Made by a program: the position numbers and the translations under genes. Positions 29,271 through 39,130 of a stretch of 64,000 nucleotides of DNA are shown here, one piece after another. A model generated the notes under the pieces. The model searched no databases and had not been told where the DNA came from. It was given only the letters and a program-made list of their open reading frames with translations. The stretch is from positions 26,949-90,948 of the forward strand of contig JAHEAD010000002.1 of NCBI GenBank assembly GCA_019721075.1, written 5' to 3'. Origin of the DNA: Candidatus Sysuiplasma jiujiangense. Its GTDB lineage: Archaea > Thermoplasmatota > Thermoplasmata > Sysuiplasmatales > Sysuiplasmataceae. How positions within the stretch are numbered: position 1 is the first letter of the stretch; each line of letters begins with the position of its first letter.

Positions 29271-29876
29271 ATGAGCGATGGAAAATACAGCATATGCGTC
29301 CTTGCTTCAGGCAATGGCAGCACGATGCAGTCGATAGTAGACGCCTGCCGCACAGGCTGTCTCTCAGGAAGAGTTGTGGAGATGGTGACCGACAATCCGC
29401 TTGCATTCGCCATCCGCAGGGCCGAGCGCGAAGGCATACTGGCCACGGTCATAGACAGGAAGGGCATGCGGAAGGAGGAATTTGATTCCTCACTCCATTC
29501 CCGTCTCACTGCCCTCAAACCGGATCTTATATGCCTGGCAGGTTATCTGCGCATACTTTCGCACGAGACAGTGTCTGCGTTTCCGATGCGTATACTAAAC
29601 ATACACCCTTCGCTCCTGCCGAGGTACGGCGGGAAGGGAATGTACGGCCTGAAGGTACATAAGGCGGTACTCGAAAATGGGGAGAAAGTCAGCGGATGCA
29701 CTGTCCACTTCGTTACCGACGACGTGGACGGCGGACCCGTAATAGTCCAGAGACAGGTGCAGGTTCTGCCCGGCGACACCCCGGAAACACTGATGAGCAG
29801 GGTGCATGCGGAGGAACTCAAGGCATATCCAAGTGCCATAAAGATGGTGATGGAAGATGGCTTCGTGCCGCGGTAG
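29271..29876 (+). CDS. purN: Phosphoribosylglycinamide formyltransferase
   Basis: VLASGNGS, LAGYLRIL, NIHPSLLP, GCTVHFV...DGGP. Confidence 0.95.
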   Translation: MSDGKYSICVLASGNGSTMQSIVDACRTGCLSGRVVEMVTDNPLAFAIRRAEREGILATVIDRKGMRKEEFDSSLHSRLTALKPDLICLAGYLRILSHETVSAFPMRILNIHPSLLPRYGGKGMYGLKVHKAVLENGEKVSGCTVHFVTDDVDGGPVIVQRQVQVLPGDTPETLMSRVHAEELKAYPSAIKMVMEDGFVPR

Positions 29877-30049
29877 TGGTATGGTAGAGGCCTGCATCGT
29901 GCTTTTACTGCGGGATCGACGCGATATCGAAGGGAACTCCCCTGTTTCAAGAAAATGTGGTTGTTACAATCTGTATTGTGGAAAATGAGCCGGCCGGTTC
30001 AAAAGGTTAAATATGCGGATACAATCGCATTTATCAGGTGTGAAATCAA

Positions 30050-30889
30050 TTGTTTGAACAAACCCCCGAGGCACCTTCCATTCCTGAACTTGAAAGAATT
30101 GCCAGAGAGGTCAGGAAGGACATAGTCAGGATGACAAATGCAGCAGGCTCCGGTCATCCCGGCGGGTCGCTGTCCAGCACAGACATTCTGACAGCGCTTT
30201 ATTTCGGCCTGCTCAGGCACGATCCGGCGAATCCCAGGTGGGATGGCAGGGATATTTTCATACTCAGCAAGGGACATGCCGCGCCGGCCCTTTATTCGGT
30301 TCTTGCCGCGGCTGGCTATTTTCCAAAGAACGAACTCATCACACTGAGAAAGATCGGAAGCAGACTGCAGGGGCATGCCCACACAGGGGTTCCCGGTGTT
30401 GAGGTCTCCACTGGTTCCCTGGGACAGGGTCTTTCGATAGCTTGTGGAATTGCTCTTGCCTCCAGACTTGACGGCAGCCGCCGGCGCATAGTGGCCCTGC
30501 TCAGCGACGGGGAGAATGATGAGGGACAGACCTGGGAGGCTGCAATGTTCGCCTCGCACAGGCGACTTGATAACATAACCGTCTTTGTGGACAGAAACGG
30601 TATTCAGAATGACGGTTTCACCAAGGACATACTCGATACCACACCTCTTGACGAAAAGTGGAAGGCGTTCGGATGGAACGTCATATCAATCAACGGACAT
30701 GATTTCAGCCAGATAATCAATGCATACCGGAAGGGACTGCAGTGCAGAGGCGCTCCCACGGCGATCATAGCAAAGACAGTGAAGGGGAAAGGCGTCTCAT
30801 TCATGGAAAACAACGTCGCATTCCATGGAAAGGCACCGAACGGCGAAGAACTTGCGAGGGCTCTCAGGGAGCTGGACGGTGTGAAATGA
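30050..30889 (+). CDS. Transketolase, N-terminal (TPP-binding) subunit
   Basis: SGHPGGSLS, LSKGHA, LQGH, STGSLGQG, SDGENDEGQTWEA. Confidence 0.93.
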   Translation: MFEQTPEAPSIPELERIAREVRKDIVRMTNAAGSGHPGGSLSSTDILTALYFGLLRHDPANPRWDGRDIFILSKGHAAPALYSVLAAAGYFPKNELITLRKIGSRLQGHAHTGVPGVEVSTGSLGQGLSIACGIALASRLDGSRRRIVALLSDGENDEGQTWEAAMFASHRRLDNITVFVDRNGIQNDGFTKDILDTTPLDEKWKAFGWNVISINGHDFSQIINAYRKGLQCRGAPTAIIAKTVKGKGVSFMENNVAFHGKAPNGEELARALRELDGVK

Positions 30890-31845
30890 AAATGGATTCT
30901 GGCAGTCCGAAAATGGAGAGCCAGCGGAAAGAATACGGAAGAGCCCTGACCGAAATCGGCTCAAAGAACAGGGATCTTGTTGTTCTCGACGCCGATCTTT
31001 CCGTCTCCACCAGAACAGGCGAGTTCGGAAAGGCTTTCCCGGAGCGATTTTACAATTGCGGTGTCTCGGAGGCAAACATGGTAACGATTGCTGCCGGCCT
31101 GGCAATGGCCGGAAAGACTGTCTTCGCCTCCACCTTTGCAGTCTTCGCCACCGGACTGACATATAACCAGATCAGGCAGTCGATTGCCTATCCGTCATCC
31201 AACGTCAAGATTGCGGCCAGCCATGCCGGCCTGTCGGTCGGACCGGACGGCGCAACACACCAGATGCTTGAAGACATAGGCCTCATGAGGGGTCTCCCGA
31301 ACATGACCGTTGTCGTTCCTGCGGACGCCCGTGAGACATATCAGGCAACCTATGCCCTATCCGAATACCGTGGACCTGCATATATGCGATTCGGAAGGGC
31401 CGATGTGCCGTCCATCGGCGATGTCAACGGAGACTTCAGGCTGGGCAGAGCATCCGTGCTGAGAGACGGGGGAGACGTAACGCTTGTCGCCACCGGTCAG
31501 ATGGTCCATTCAGCTCTGAACGCATCTGAAATACTTTCCGGAAAAGGAATCGATGCTTCGGTCATCAACATGAGCACAATAAAACCGCTTGACGCCGATG
31601 CCCTGCTGAAATATGCGCGGAAGACAGGCTGCATCGTAACGGCCGAGGAGCACAGCGTGATCAACGGCCTGGGCGACGCCGTCTGTTCGGCTGTCGCACA
31701 GAGATACCCTGTCCTTGTGGACAAGGTCGGAACTGAGGATACTTTCGGTGAGTCTGGCGAGGCTAACGAGCTTCTGGCAAAATACGGCCTGACACCCCGG
31801 AATATCGCCCAAAGGGCGGAGAAACTGGTTAAAATTAAACAATAG
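30886..31845 (+). CDS. Transketolase, C-terminal subunit
   Basis: LDADLS, GVSEANM, GPDGATHQ, TIKPLD, EEHS. ATG at 30886 overlaps the upstream stop. Confidence 0.93.
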   Translation: MKMDSGSPKMESQRKEYGRALTEIGSKNRDLVVLDADLSVSTRTGEFGKAFPERFYNCGVSEANMVTIAAGLAMAGKTVFASTFAVFATGLTYNQIRQSIAYPSSNVKIAASHAGLSVGPDGATHQMLEDIGLMRGLPNMTVVVPADARETYQATYALSEYRGPAYMRFGRADVPSIGDVNGDFRLGRASVLRDGGDVTLVATGQMVHSALNASEILSGKGIDASVINMSTIKPLDADALLKYARKTGCIVTAEEHSVINGLGDAVCSAVAQRYPVLVDKVGTEDTFGESGEANELLAKYGLTPRNIAQRAEKLVKIKQ

Positions 31846-31848
31846 CTG

Positions 31849-32502
31849 GTGAAAGAGTTGAAAATCTTCTTGGATACCGCAAACATCGGTGAAATCAGGG
31901 AGGCATGGGAACTCGGGGTAATTGACGGCGTTACGACAAATCCGTCGCTCGTTTCCAGGGAGGGCAGGAAGTTCAGCGAAGTGCTCAGGGAGATATGCCG
32001 CATCATCGATGGACCCGTGAACGCTGAGGTGCTAAGCACTGATTTCAGTGGCATGATGAAGGAAGGAAGGGAGCTTGCGAAGATCAACAGGAGGATCGTC
32101 GTCAAGGTACCCATGACAGCCGAAGGACTTAAAGCATGCAGGGCTCTCCGTTCCGAATGCATCATGACGAATATGACGCTGGTCTTTTCTGCGAACCAGG
32201 CGGTACTCGCGGCAAAGGCTGGCGCTTCCTATGTCAGCCCCTTCATCGGCAGACTGGACGACATCGGAAACGAGGGAATGCAGATCATCAGGGAGATAAC
32301 AGAAATCTACAGTCATTACGACTTCAATACCGAGATTCTTGTGGCAAGCGTCAGGAATCCGATTCATGTTGTTGATGCAGCAATGCTCGGCGCGGATATT
32401 GTGACACTTCCGTTTGCCGTCCTGAAGCAGATGATCAGGCATTCACTCACCGATACTGGACTTGAACGGTTCATAAAGGACTGGGAAAAGGTGCCCAAGT
32501 AA
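31849..32502 (+). CDS. tal: Transaldolase (short, FSA-like family)
   Basis: [19 protein letters not shown] (Schiff-base Lys), [15 protein letters not shown]. Confidence 0.92.
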   Translation: MKELKIFLDTANIGEIREAWELGVIDGVTTNPSLVSREGRKFSEVLREICRIIDGPVNAEVLSTDFSGMMKEGRELAKINRRIVVKVPMTAEGLKACRALRSECIMTNMTLVFSANQAVLAAKAGASYVSPFIGRLDDIGNEGMQIIREITEIYSHYDFNTEILVASVRNPIHVVDAAMLGADIVTLPFAVLKQMIRHSLTDTGLERFIKDWEKVPK

Positions 32503-32513
32503 GGGGTGACTGT

Positions 32514-32747
32514 GTGACTGGAGAGGGAGAGGAAACACAGGTCCAGGACGAACCGAAGGACGGCCTTGATGAATGGGTGGATGAGCTGGATCGGCTGATA
32601 GGCGTGGAACAGATGAGCGATGAGGAGATCGCTGAAAGGGAAACTGCACGGAAGGAGGAGGAAGGGACCTGGGCAGTAAAATTAATTGTGATCGCCATCA
32701 TAATCCTCGTCCTCCTTGCATTCCTTTTCTACCTGAAGATAATATGA
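32514..32747 (+). CDS. Small acidic tail-anchored membrane protein
   Basis: Acidic N-terminus and a C-terminal TM helix. SD GGGGTGA upstream. Confidence 0.6.
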   Translation: MTGEGEETQVQDEPKDGLDEWVDELDRLIGVEQMSDEEIAERETARKEEEGTWAVKLIVIAIIILVLLAFLFYLKII

Positions 32748-32763
32748 GTTTGCCCGGTAACGG

Positions 32764-33528
32764 TCAGTTCCCGCTGAAAACCGGCTTTCGCTTTTCCCTG
32801 AACGCACTGACCCCCTCACGAAAATCGGATGACTTCCCGAGTTCCTCCTGTGCCTCAGCTTCCTCCTTCAGGAATGCGTCCCCATCGCCGAATACTGCCC
32901 TGTTCAGGAGTTTTTTGCTCAGAGAATATGATTGAAACGGCCCTTCCGATATCGCTCTTGCCCTATGAACAGCGTCAGTCAGCGGATCCTCGGATATGCG
33001 GAAGAGAGAAAGCTTTTCCGCCTCGGCTGCAGTCATTTCGCCCCCGGCAAGGAGAAGCTCATAGACGGACGAAGGCTGAACAAGTCTCGGAAGCATGTAT
33101 GACAGTCCCGTATCCGGAACGAGGCCAATCCTGTGGAAAGCGGTCACGAACCTCGTTCCCTTTGAGCAGTACCTCAGGTCGCACGCGACCGCGATGCTGA
33201 TGCCCGCACCTGCGGCAACACCGTTCACAGCGGCCACATATATCTTGGGGCTGAATCTTATGCCGCGCATAATCGGATGGAATGTTTCATAAAGATCGGC
33301 GGACAGACTCCCGGGCATTGAATCGAGGTCAGCGCCGACGCAGAAGGCGTTTCCTGCGCCTGTAATCACAACAGCCCTGATTCTGTCGTCCGAATTCACC
33401 CTCCGCAGCGCATCTATGAATTCGATGCGCATTTCTCTGCTAAGCGCGTTAAGCTTTTCCGGGCGGTTCATCGTTATTGTCGCGACGTAACCTTCCATTC
33501 CGAATTCAATCGTCTTCATCCCTGCCAC
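32764..33528 (-). CDS. Enoyl-CoA hydratase/isomerase (PaaG-like)
   Basis: NRPEKLNAL, AFCVGADL, NGVAAGAG, IGLVPDTG (Asp-type), EGVSAFREKRKP. Confidence 0.88.
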   Translation of the reverse strand: MAGMKTIEFGMEGYVATITMNRPEKLNALSREMRIEFIDALRRVNSDDRIRAVVITGAGNAFCVGADLDSMPGSLSADLYETFHPIMRGIRFSPKIYVAAVNGVAAGAGISIAVACDLRYCSKGTRFVTAFHRIGLVPDTGLSYMLPRLVQPSSVYELLLAGGEMTAAEAEKLSLFRISEDPLTDAVHRARAISEGPFQSYSLSKKLLNRAVFGDGDAFLKEEAEAQEELGKSSDFREGVSAFREKRKPVFSGN

Positions 33529-34283
33529 ACAGCCTTCCTCTTTGAGAGAAATGCATCGATGCCTTCCTTCCCGTCGGCGTGGACCAGCGATGTTATGAAA
33601 TTCCTCCGTTCGATGTCGAGACCCTGGAGAAGATTTGTTTCGAATGCCTTGTTTACGCTTTCCTTGGCGAGTTCCAGCGCAAAAAGCGAATGATCGGATA
33701 TCCGCGATGCCATTTCATGGGCTCCTTCCATCAGTTTTTCGTCATCGAAAACCCTGCTGACAAGGCCTATCGTCTCCGCTTCGTCAGCAGTGATCAGGTT
33801 CCCTGTCAGCACCATCTCCATTGCTTTCGATTTTCCGGCAGCCCTTGCGAGGCGCTGCGTTCCTCCGGCACCGGGGATTATACCGAGATTTATTTCGGCC
33901 TGGCCGAACTTTGCGCTTCTTGCCGACAGGGCAATATCGCACGCCATGACGAGCTCCAGGCCCCCTCCTACTGCCGGACCGTTTACAGCCGCAATCACAG
34001 GTTTCCTGAATGATCTCATTCTTTCCCACAGAGGAAGATGGCCTCCCCTCACCACTTCATCGAGTCTCATACCGGAAAGCTCCCTGACATCCGCTCCTGC
34101 CGAAAACGCCTTGCCGTTTCCCGTCACTATGACTGCCTTTGTTTCTGCATCTGCCGAAAATGAGTCGAAAGCGGCAATCATATCGGCGACCATCTCCATA
34201 TTTATCGAATTAAGTTTTTCGGGCCTGTTGAGGCGTATCACGCCTGTCCTGCCTGTTTTTTCAACGATTACGGTACCTGCCAT
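33516..34283 (-). CDS. Enoyl-CoA hydratase (crotonase, PaaF-like)
   Basis: AFSAGAD, GGGLELVMACD, FGQAEINLGIIPGAGGTQRL with both catalytic Glu. Confidence 0.9.
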   Translation of the reverse strand: MAGTVIVEKTGRTGVIRLNRPEKLNSINMEMVADMIAAFDSFSADAETKAVIVTGNGKAFSAGADVRELSGMRLDEVVRGGHLPLWERMRSFRKPVIAAVNGPAVGGGLELVMACDIALSARSAKFGQAEINLGIIPGAGGTQRLARAAGKSKAMEMVLTGNLITADEAETIGLVSRVFDDEKLMEGAHEMASRISDHSLFALELAKESVNKAFETNLLQGLDIERRNFITSLVHADGKEGIDAFLSKRKAVWQG

Positions 34284-34459
34284 AGGAACACAGAGGGTGA
34301 TGCCGTTTGAAATATGTAATGCTAACTGGAAACTGGTTTCCGCCGGCCGCTGCGAGGCAGGCTGCAGACCGGTATCGGGCTGCGGCTGAACACCTGCTCA
34401 AAGTCGGCACCTTTAAAGCGGGTATAAATAAGTGGCTGAACAGTACAGAGGACGGAAAA

Positions 34460-35485
34460 ATGAAAAATGGATCCGGAGATAAAATCGAGCTGCCGGAATT
34501 TCCTCCAGGCAATATCTATCCTGCCGAATGGGACTTTGCCAATGATCTGGAATGGAGGCTATATGGCAGATCGAAGAAGGAACAGTGGGATGAGTCAAAG
34601 CTGGACTGGGCGAAACTGGACGAGTTTGTATCCGGGCTGGACAGAAAAGAGAGACTCTCGATGGCTTACTGGTGGGCGCTCCTCTCCACCTTTGACAACG
34701 CAAATCCTGTTTTTTCATATGCCGTAGTCAAGGCGCATGAACTCAAGGAGAAGACGGCGGTCAGGTGTCTTCTAAACACCATCGCATTCGACGAGAACAG
34801 GCACAACATAATCTGCGGCATGTGCATAAACAAGCTGTGCCCCGGTTTCCCGACCAGATTCAAGCCGATGAACGACCTGGAGGCAAAAGCACAGGCAAAC
34901 ATACTGTGGACGTGGTACAATGGTGCACGATACTGGAAGGCATATCTTGAATCGTACAACAAATACACGACGGACGTTCTGTTCACATCATTCATGATGG
35001 GCGAGGCCGCGGCCACCACCGTTTTCACTCAGATGTCTAGGAATTCCAGGATAGAAACATTCAGGGAAGCTTTCAGGAACATAGCACAGGATGAAACGAG
35101 GCATTATGCCTTTACGCAGCTCGTTATGGCAGACGGCGCCAAGAAGATGAATGAAGAAAGAAAAAGACTGGTCACAAAGCAGATCAAGGCAGGCTTCATT
35201 TTCCTTTCGCTGATAACATACAAGCTGCCGGCAAAATCAAACACATTCTGGAAACTGCCCGGATATTTTGAGGAAGTAAACGAAAAGATGGAAGACATTT
35301 CAAGGGACGCAGGCCTTGGCGTTCCTCTCATCTCCGAGAAGGAGGATGCGTGGAGATCGGCTGTAATGAAGGTCGGAGCCTCGATGAAAAAATACGGAAT
35401 CAGATTGCCGGAAATACCTGAGCTGGGCATATCCGGCGAGGATGTCGGCGACGTTGACGGCGACGAGATTGTGCCCGTCTTCTGA
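34460..35485 (+). CDS. Ferritin-like diiron-carboxylate protein of unknown function
   Basis: Two D-E-x-x-H motifs (FDENRH, QDETRH) plus MMGEAAA. Start at ATG 34460 after GAGG. Confidence 0.75.
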   Translation: MKNGSGDKIELPEFPPGNIYPAEWDFANDLEWRLYGRSKKEQWDESKLDWAKLDEFVSGLDRKERLSMAYWWALLSTFDNANPVFSYAVVKAHELKEKTAVRCLLNTIAFDENRHNIICGMCINKLCPGFPTRFKPMNDLEAKAQANILWTWYNGARYWKAYLESYNKYTTDVLFTSFMMGEAAATTVFTQMSRNSRIETFREAFRNIAQDETRHYAFTQLVMADGAKKMNEERKRLVTKQIKAGFIFLSLITYKLPAKSNTFWKLPGYFEEVNEKMEDISRDAGLGVPLISEKEDAWRSAVMKVGASMKKYGIRLPEIPELGISGEDVGDVDGDEIVPVF

Positions 35486-35504
35486 TGATTGAGGCTGCCC
35501 GCAC

Positions 35505-36671
35505 ATGGTAAAGACCGAATATGACATGGTTGTGATCGGGGGCGGCCCGGCCGGCAGCCGCTTTGCTGCCGGCGCATCTCAGAAAAACGATGTGCTCCTT
35601 CTGGAAGAAAACTATGAGATCGGTAAACCGGTCCAGTGTTCCGGACTTGTCAGTCCGCGCGTGATTGAGATGAGCGGCCTCAGATCATGGCACAATACAA
35701 TCAGATCCGTGAATTTCTATTCGCCCGGAGGCGTCCATTTTGCAATTGAGGGAAACAGCATCAAAGGATATGTTATCGACAGGAGCGGACTCGACATAAC
35801 GCTTGCGGAAAGAGCCGCAAGATCCGGTGCGGAAATAATGCTTGGTTCAACATTTGTCGGCGCCGAAAGAGAGGGAAGAAAGCTGAAAATACAGTTCAAG
35901 AAAATGGGGGAGCTCCGGGAAGTCAGGTGCTCGCTGCTTGTCGGGGCAGACGGCATGTCGTCGACCGTTTCAAGGATCTTCGGACTGAGCAGATACAGCG
36001 AAATCGTCTCATGCGTACAGTCAGATGTCTATGTCCCTTCACTCAATGAAAGTGATGCCGTCTCCCTCTATTTCGGAAGCGAGACAGCGCCGGGTTTTTT
36101 TGCATGGGCCATTCCCGGGAAGGAATTCACAAGGATCGGCCTTGGAATCACTTCGGGCAGCAGGACAGCAGCCGAATATTACGAAAGGCTGCTCGCAAAG
36201 CTTGGGGGCGGGAAGGCGCTGAACCTCACTGCGGGTCCGATTCCGCTGGGAAACAGGGGAAGGATGGTCGCAGACAACGTAATGCTTGTGGGGGACGCTG
36301 CAGGGCATGTAAAACCCATCTCTGGCGGCGGAATATTCACATCCATGGCGGCGGCCGATCTCGCAGCCTCCGTTGCAGCCGAGGCTTTTGCCTGCGGCGA
36401 CATGAGCGCACGCGTCCTGTCAAGGTACGAGAAGGAGTGGAACAGGGGCATCGGGCGGGAGCTCGAAAGGGGAGCACTTGTCAGGAGGATATTCCTGCAG
36501 ATGAATGACGGAAATCTTGACAGTCTCTTCCGTACACTGGATGAGAGCCGTATCAAGGATCTGTTGAGCAGGGGAGACATCGACTATCCGACAGAGCTTT
36601 CACCATTGGTGCTTTCACGGGCTCCGTCTCTTCTGCGGTTCTCGCCGCAGCTCATCAGGGCACTGATGTAG
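35505..36671 (+). CDS. Geranylgeranyl reductase family (DGGGPL reductase-like)
   Basis: VIGGGPAG, PVQCSG, VGADG, PGFFAWAIP, VGDAAGHVKPISGGGI. Confidence 0.88.
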   Translation: MVKTEYDMVVIGGGPAGSRFAAGASQKNDVLLLEENYEIGKPVQCSGLVSPRVIEMSGLRSWHNTIRSVNFYSPGGVHFAIEGNSIKGYVIDRSGLDITLAERAARSGAEIMLGSTFVGAEREGRKLKIQFKKMGELREVRCSLLVGADGMSSTVSRIFGLSRYSEIVSCVQSDVYVPSLNESDAVSLYFGSETAPGFFAWAIPGKEFTRIGLGITSGSRTAAEYYERLLAKLGGGKALNLTAGPIPLGNRGRMVADNVMLVGDAAGHVKPISGGGIFTSMAAADLAASVAAEAFACGDMSARVLSRYEKEWNRGIGRELERGALVRRIFLQMNDGNLDSLFRTLDESRIKDLLSRGDIDYPTELSPLVLSRAPSLLRFSPQLIRALM

Positions 36672-36682
36672 ACGCTCGGTCC

Positions 36683-37411
36683 TTAACGCCCGGCACTTCT
36701 CCTCTCCCGGAAATAGGACACCACGGCCGCGACGCCAACTATGAATGCGATAGAACCGGCGGCGAAAAAGAGATATGTCGGGGAGGGAGTGTTGACACCG
36801 AAGGAGACATCCGGAAGTATGCCCGAGAAGCCGAGCGTCTCATTCAGATAGGTGAAGTTCAGCTGACTCACTCCGCCCGAAACAGGAACAAATATGCTTT
36901 TCCATTCAGCTTCCGTGAAAAACCCTTTGGAGGCCATGCGCATATGCTCCTGACCGACATAGAAAGACATGAATTCCCACACAAAGTAGGTGCCCTCATT
37001 GAAGAAAGAGCCGTGCGGAGTGGTGTAATTTGTCTGCAGCGCAAGCGCAAAGGTGTCTGATTGACCCGGCACCAGGCTGAATCTCTCCGTAACTGACTGG
37101 CCGCCGCTTGACAGGAAATACGGCCTGTCCTGTATTCCGATGGCAGACATGTTTGTGTATTCTTTTCCGGATGAAAAAGCGTATATTGAAAGGGAGAGAG
37201 TGGCATTTTCCATGGTAGCGTTGTACGGATTGTACAGCTGCATTTTCAATGTCCCGGAATCCCCGGGATTTATATCCGGGGATGTGACGCTCTTCACAAT
37301 GAGATTCGCATATGACTGCTGCCCTGATGCCGGAATCGCCGAATTGAGGACAATCAGCATTATAACCAGTATGTCTGCGAGTCTTGCAGGATGCACGTCG
37401 AGGACATCCAT
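36683..37411 (-). CDS. Secreted or surface protein with C-terminal membrane anchor
   Basis: Signal-like N-terminus, Ig/CARDB-like PDINPGDSGTL..LYNPYN, several N-x-S/T sequons, C-terminal TM and basic tail. Confidence 0.65.
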   Translation of the reverse strand: MDVLDVHPARLADILVIMLIVLNSAIPASGQQSYANLIVKSVTSPDINPGDSGTLKMQLYNPYNATMENATLSLSIYAFSSGKEYTNMSAIGIQDRPYFLSSGGQSVTERFSLVPGQSDTFALALQTNYTTPHGSFFNEGTYFVWEFMSFYVGQEHMRMASKGFFTEAEWKSIFVPVSGGVSQLNFTYLNETLGFSGILPDVSFGVNTPSPTYLFFAAGSIAFIVGVAAVVSYFRERRSAGR

Positions 37412-37509
37412 GTCCGCTATTAAAAATACTCAGTGGTGCGGGAAGCAGACTTATACACTGAACGAATCACATATGTGTGGTAAGGAACCGGGAAAGAAAG
37501 GAAGAAAGC

Positions 37510-38385
37510 ATGACAAGGCCAACCCCCAGGGACATTGCGGTCAGATCGCTGAAACTGCCGGAAGAACTGAAGAAATTTCTGCCTGCCAGATGGGAAATGA
37601 TCGGGAGCGTTGCGGTGCTCAAGCTCAGGGAGGAACTCGAAAGCTATTCATACGAGATAGGGGAGGCGTATGCCGGTGCGCTCAAGGCGCAGAGCGTCTA
37701 TGCAGTCAGGGGGCTGATCTCGGGGCCGTTCAGGAAGCCGTCTCTGGAACTCATCTACGGCGAGGATGGTGAGACGGTCCACAACGAGAACGGCGTGAGG
37801 TATGTCCTCGATGTGTCGAAGGTAATGTTCTCATCCGCAAATCATGATGAGCGTATGAGAATGGCAAACCTGGACTGCACGGGCGAAACAATCGTGGATA
37901 TGTTCGCAGGGATCGGACACCTGTCGATGCCTGTTGCGGTACATTCTTCCCCCGCAATGATAATCGCCGCGGAGGCGGACGCAGACACATTTACATATCT
38001 GCTCAGGACAATTGAAGCCAATGATGCGGGAGAGATATTCCGGGCCGAGAATACGGACAACCGCCTGCTCCATGTTGAGGAAGCGGACAGGATTATAATG
38101 GGCTATCTTGAAAACACACTTGCGTGGCTGCCGAAGGCACTGAGCATGTGCAGGATCGGTGGCGCAATTCACCTCCATCAGGCTGTCCGGAGAGGACACG
38201 TAAGCGAATGGAGGAGTGAGATCGAAGAAGGACGGGGAATGGGCGTCGGCAAGAGTGTGGCTGTGGAGAATATCAGGAGGGTGAAGGGCTATTCGGCCCT
38301 TCTGGATCACATGGCGGCAGATCTGCGTGTCGTGCGCACAGACAAAGCGCCCGAAGGGAAAATAAATAGTATTAAGAGCACATGA
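37510..38385 (+). CDS. taw2: tRNA wyosine-derivative aminocarboxypropyltransferase Taw2 (Trm5/TYW2 family)
   Basis: HNENGVRYVLDVSKVMFS, VDMFAGIG, ADRIIMGY, IHLH. Confidence 0.75.
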   Translation: MTRPTPRDIAVRSLKLPEELKKFLPARWEMIGSVAVLKLREELESYSYEIGEAYAGALKAQSVYAVRGLISGPFRKPSLELIYGEDGETVHNENGVRYVLDVSKVMFSSANHDERMRMANLDCTGETIVDMFAGIGHLSMPVAVHSSPAMIIAAEADADTFTYLLRTIEANDAGEIFRAENTDNRLLHVEEADRIIMGYLENTLAWLPKALSMCRIGGAIHLHQAVRRGHVSEWRSEIEEGRGMGVGKSVAVENIRRVKGYSALLDHMAADLRVVRTDKAPEGKINSIKST

Positions 38386-38393
38386 ATTCGTGA

Positions 38394-39122
38394 TTGATTC
38401 AAATGAGTGAACGTGAGGATTACGCAAGGGGCTATCTCAGGGGCTTTGAGGATGCCCTGAATGAGGTCTGGGCGGAGGTAATGTCCTTCGGCAGCAGGCA
38501 GTACTCCTCACAGGAACTCCAGATGCTTGCAAGGACCAGGAAGGGGACGGTTCAGCAGGCAGTAAGCGCGAAAAGGACCGAGCTTGAACGGTTGCTGGGT
38601 GTCGCCATATCTTCCGAAAAGAAGGGCGACGTCACTACAATCACTATGAGCCCGGGAAGCTCCGTTCTCGTGCGGGAAGAGAGGCCGGACAGGGGATTCT
38701 CGATATTCGGTTCGCTGCTGGCCAGGGGATCTTCTGGACTGTCCGTGACAAGAACGGAGCCTTCAAGAGTTATCGAGAAATACGGCCTGAATGCGGACGC
38801 AATATCATTCATCTGGCTTACCAGGATAGAGAAGGAGGAAATCGTACAGAACGGCAGGCGCTACGGTATAGGAAACAGCCTTCCGAATCTGGCAGCCGGA
38901 ATACGCTCGTTCTATGGAAAGCAGGAGGGATGCGCAGTCCTCCTGGAAGGGATGGAATACCTGATAACGCAGTTCGATTTCCGGCCGGTGCTGAAATTCA
39001 TTCAGATGATCGCCGAGCAGGCGGAGTACAGCCGGGGGTATCTCATCATAACAGCAGATCACCGGAGTCTCGATGAAAGAGACTACAGGCTCCTAGAGAA
39101 GGAGATGACACTTACCGTCTGA
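38394..39122 (+). CDS. DUF835 domain protein with helical N-terminal extension
   Basis: GLSVTR..P, FIWLT, VLLEGMEYLI..FDF..VLKFI, LDERDYRLLEKE. Confidence 0.78.
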   Translation: MIQMSEREDYARGYLRGFEDALNEVWAEVMSFGSRQYSSQELQMLARTRKGTVQQAVSAKRTELERLLGVAISSEKKGDVTTITMSPGSSVLVREERPDRGFSIFGSLLARGSSGLSVTRTEPSRVIEKYGLNADAISFIWLTRIEKEEIVQNGRRYGIGNSLPNLAAGIRSFYGKQEGCAVLLEGMEYLITQFDFRPVLKFIQMIAEQAEYSRGYLIITADHRSLDERDYRLLEKEMTLTV

Positions 39123-39130
39123 GCGACGGT

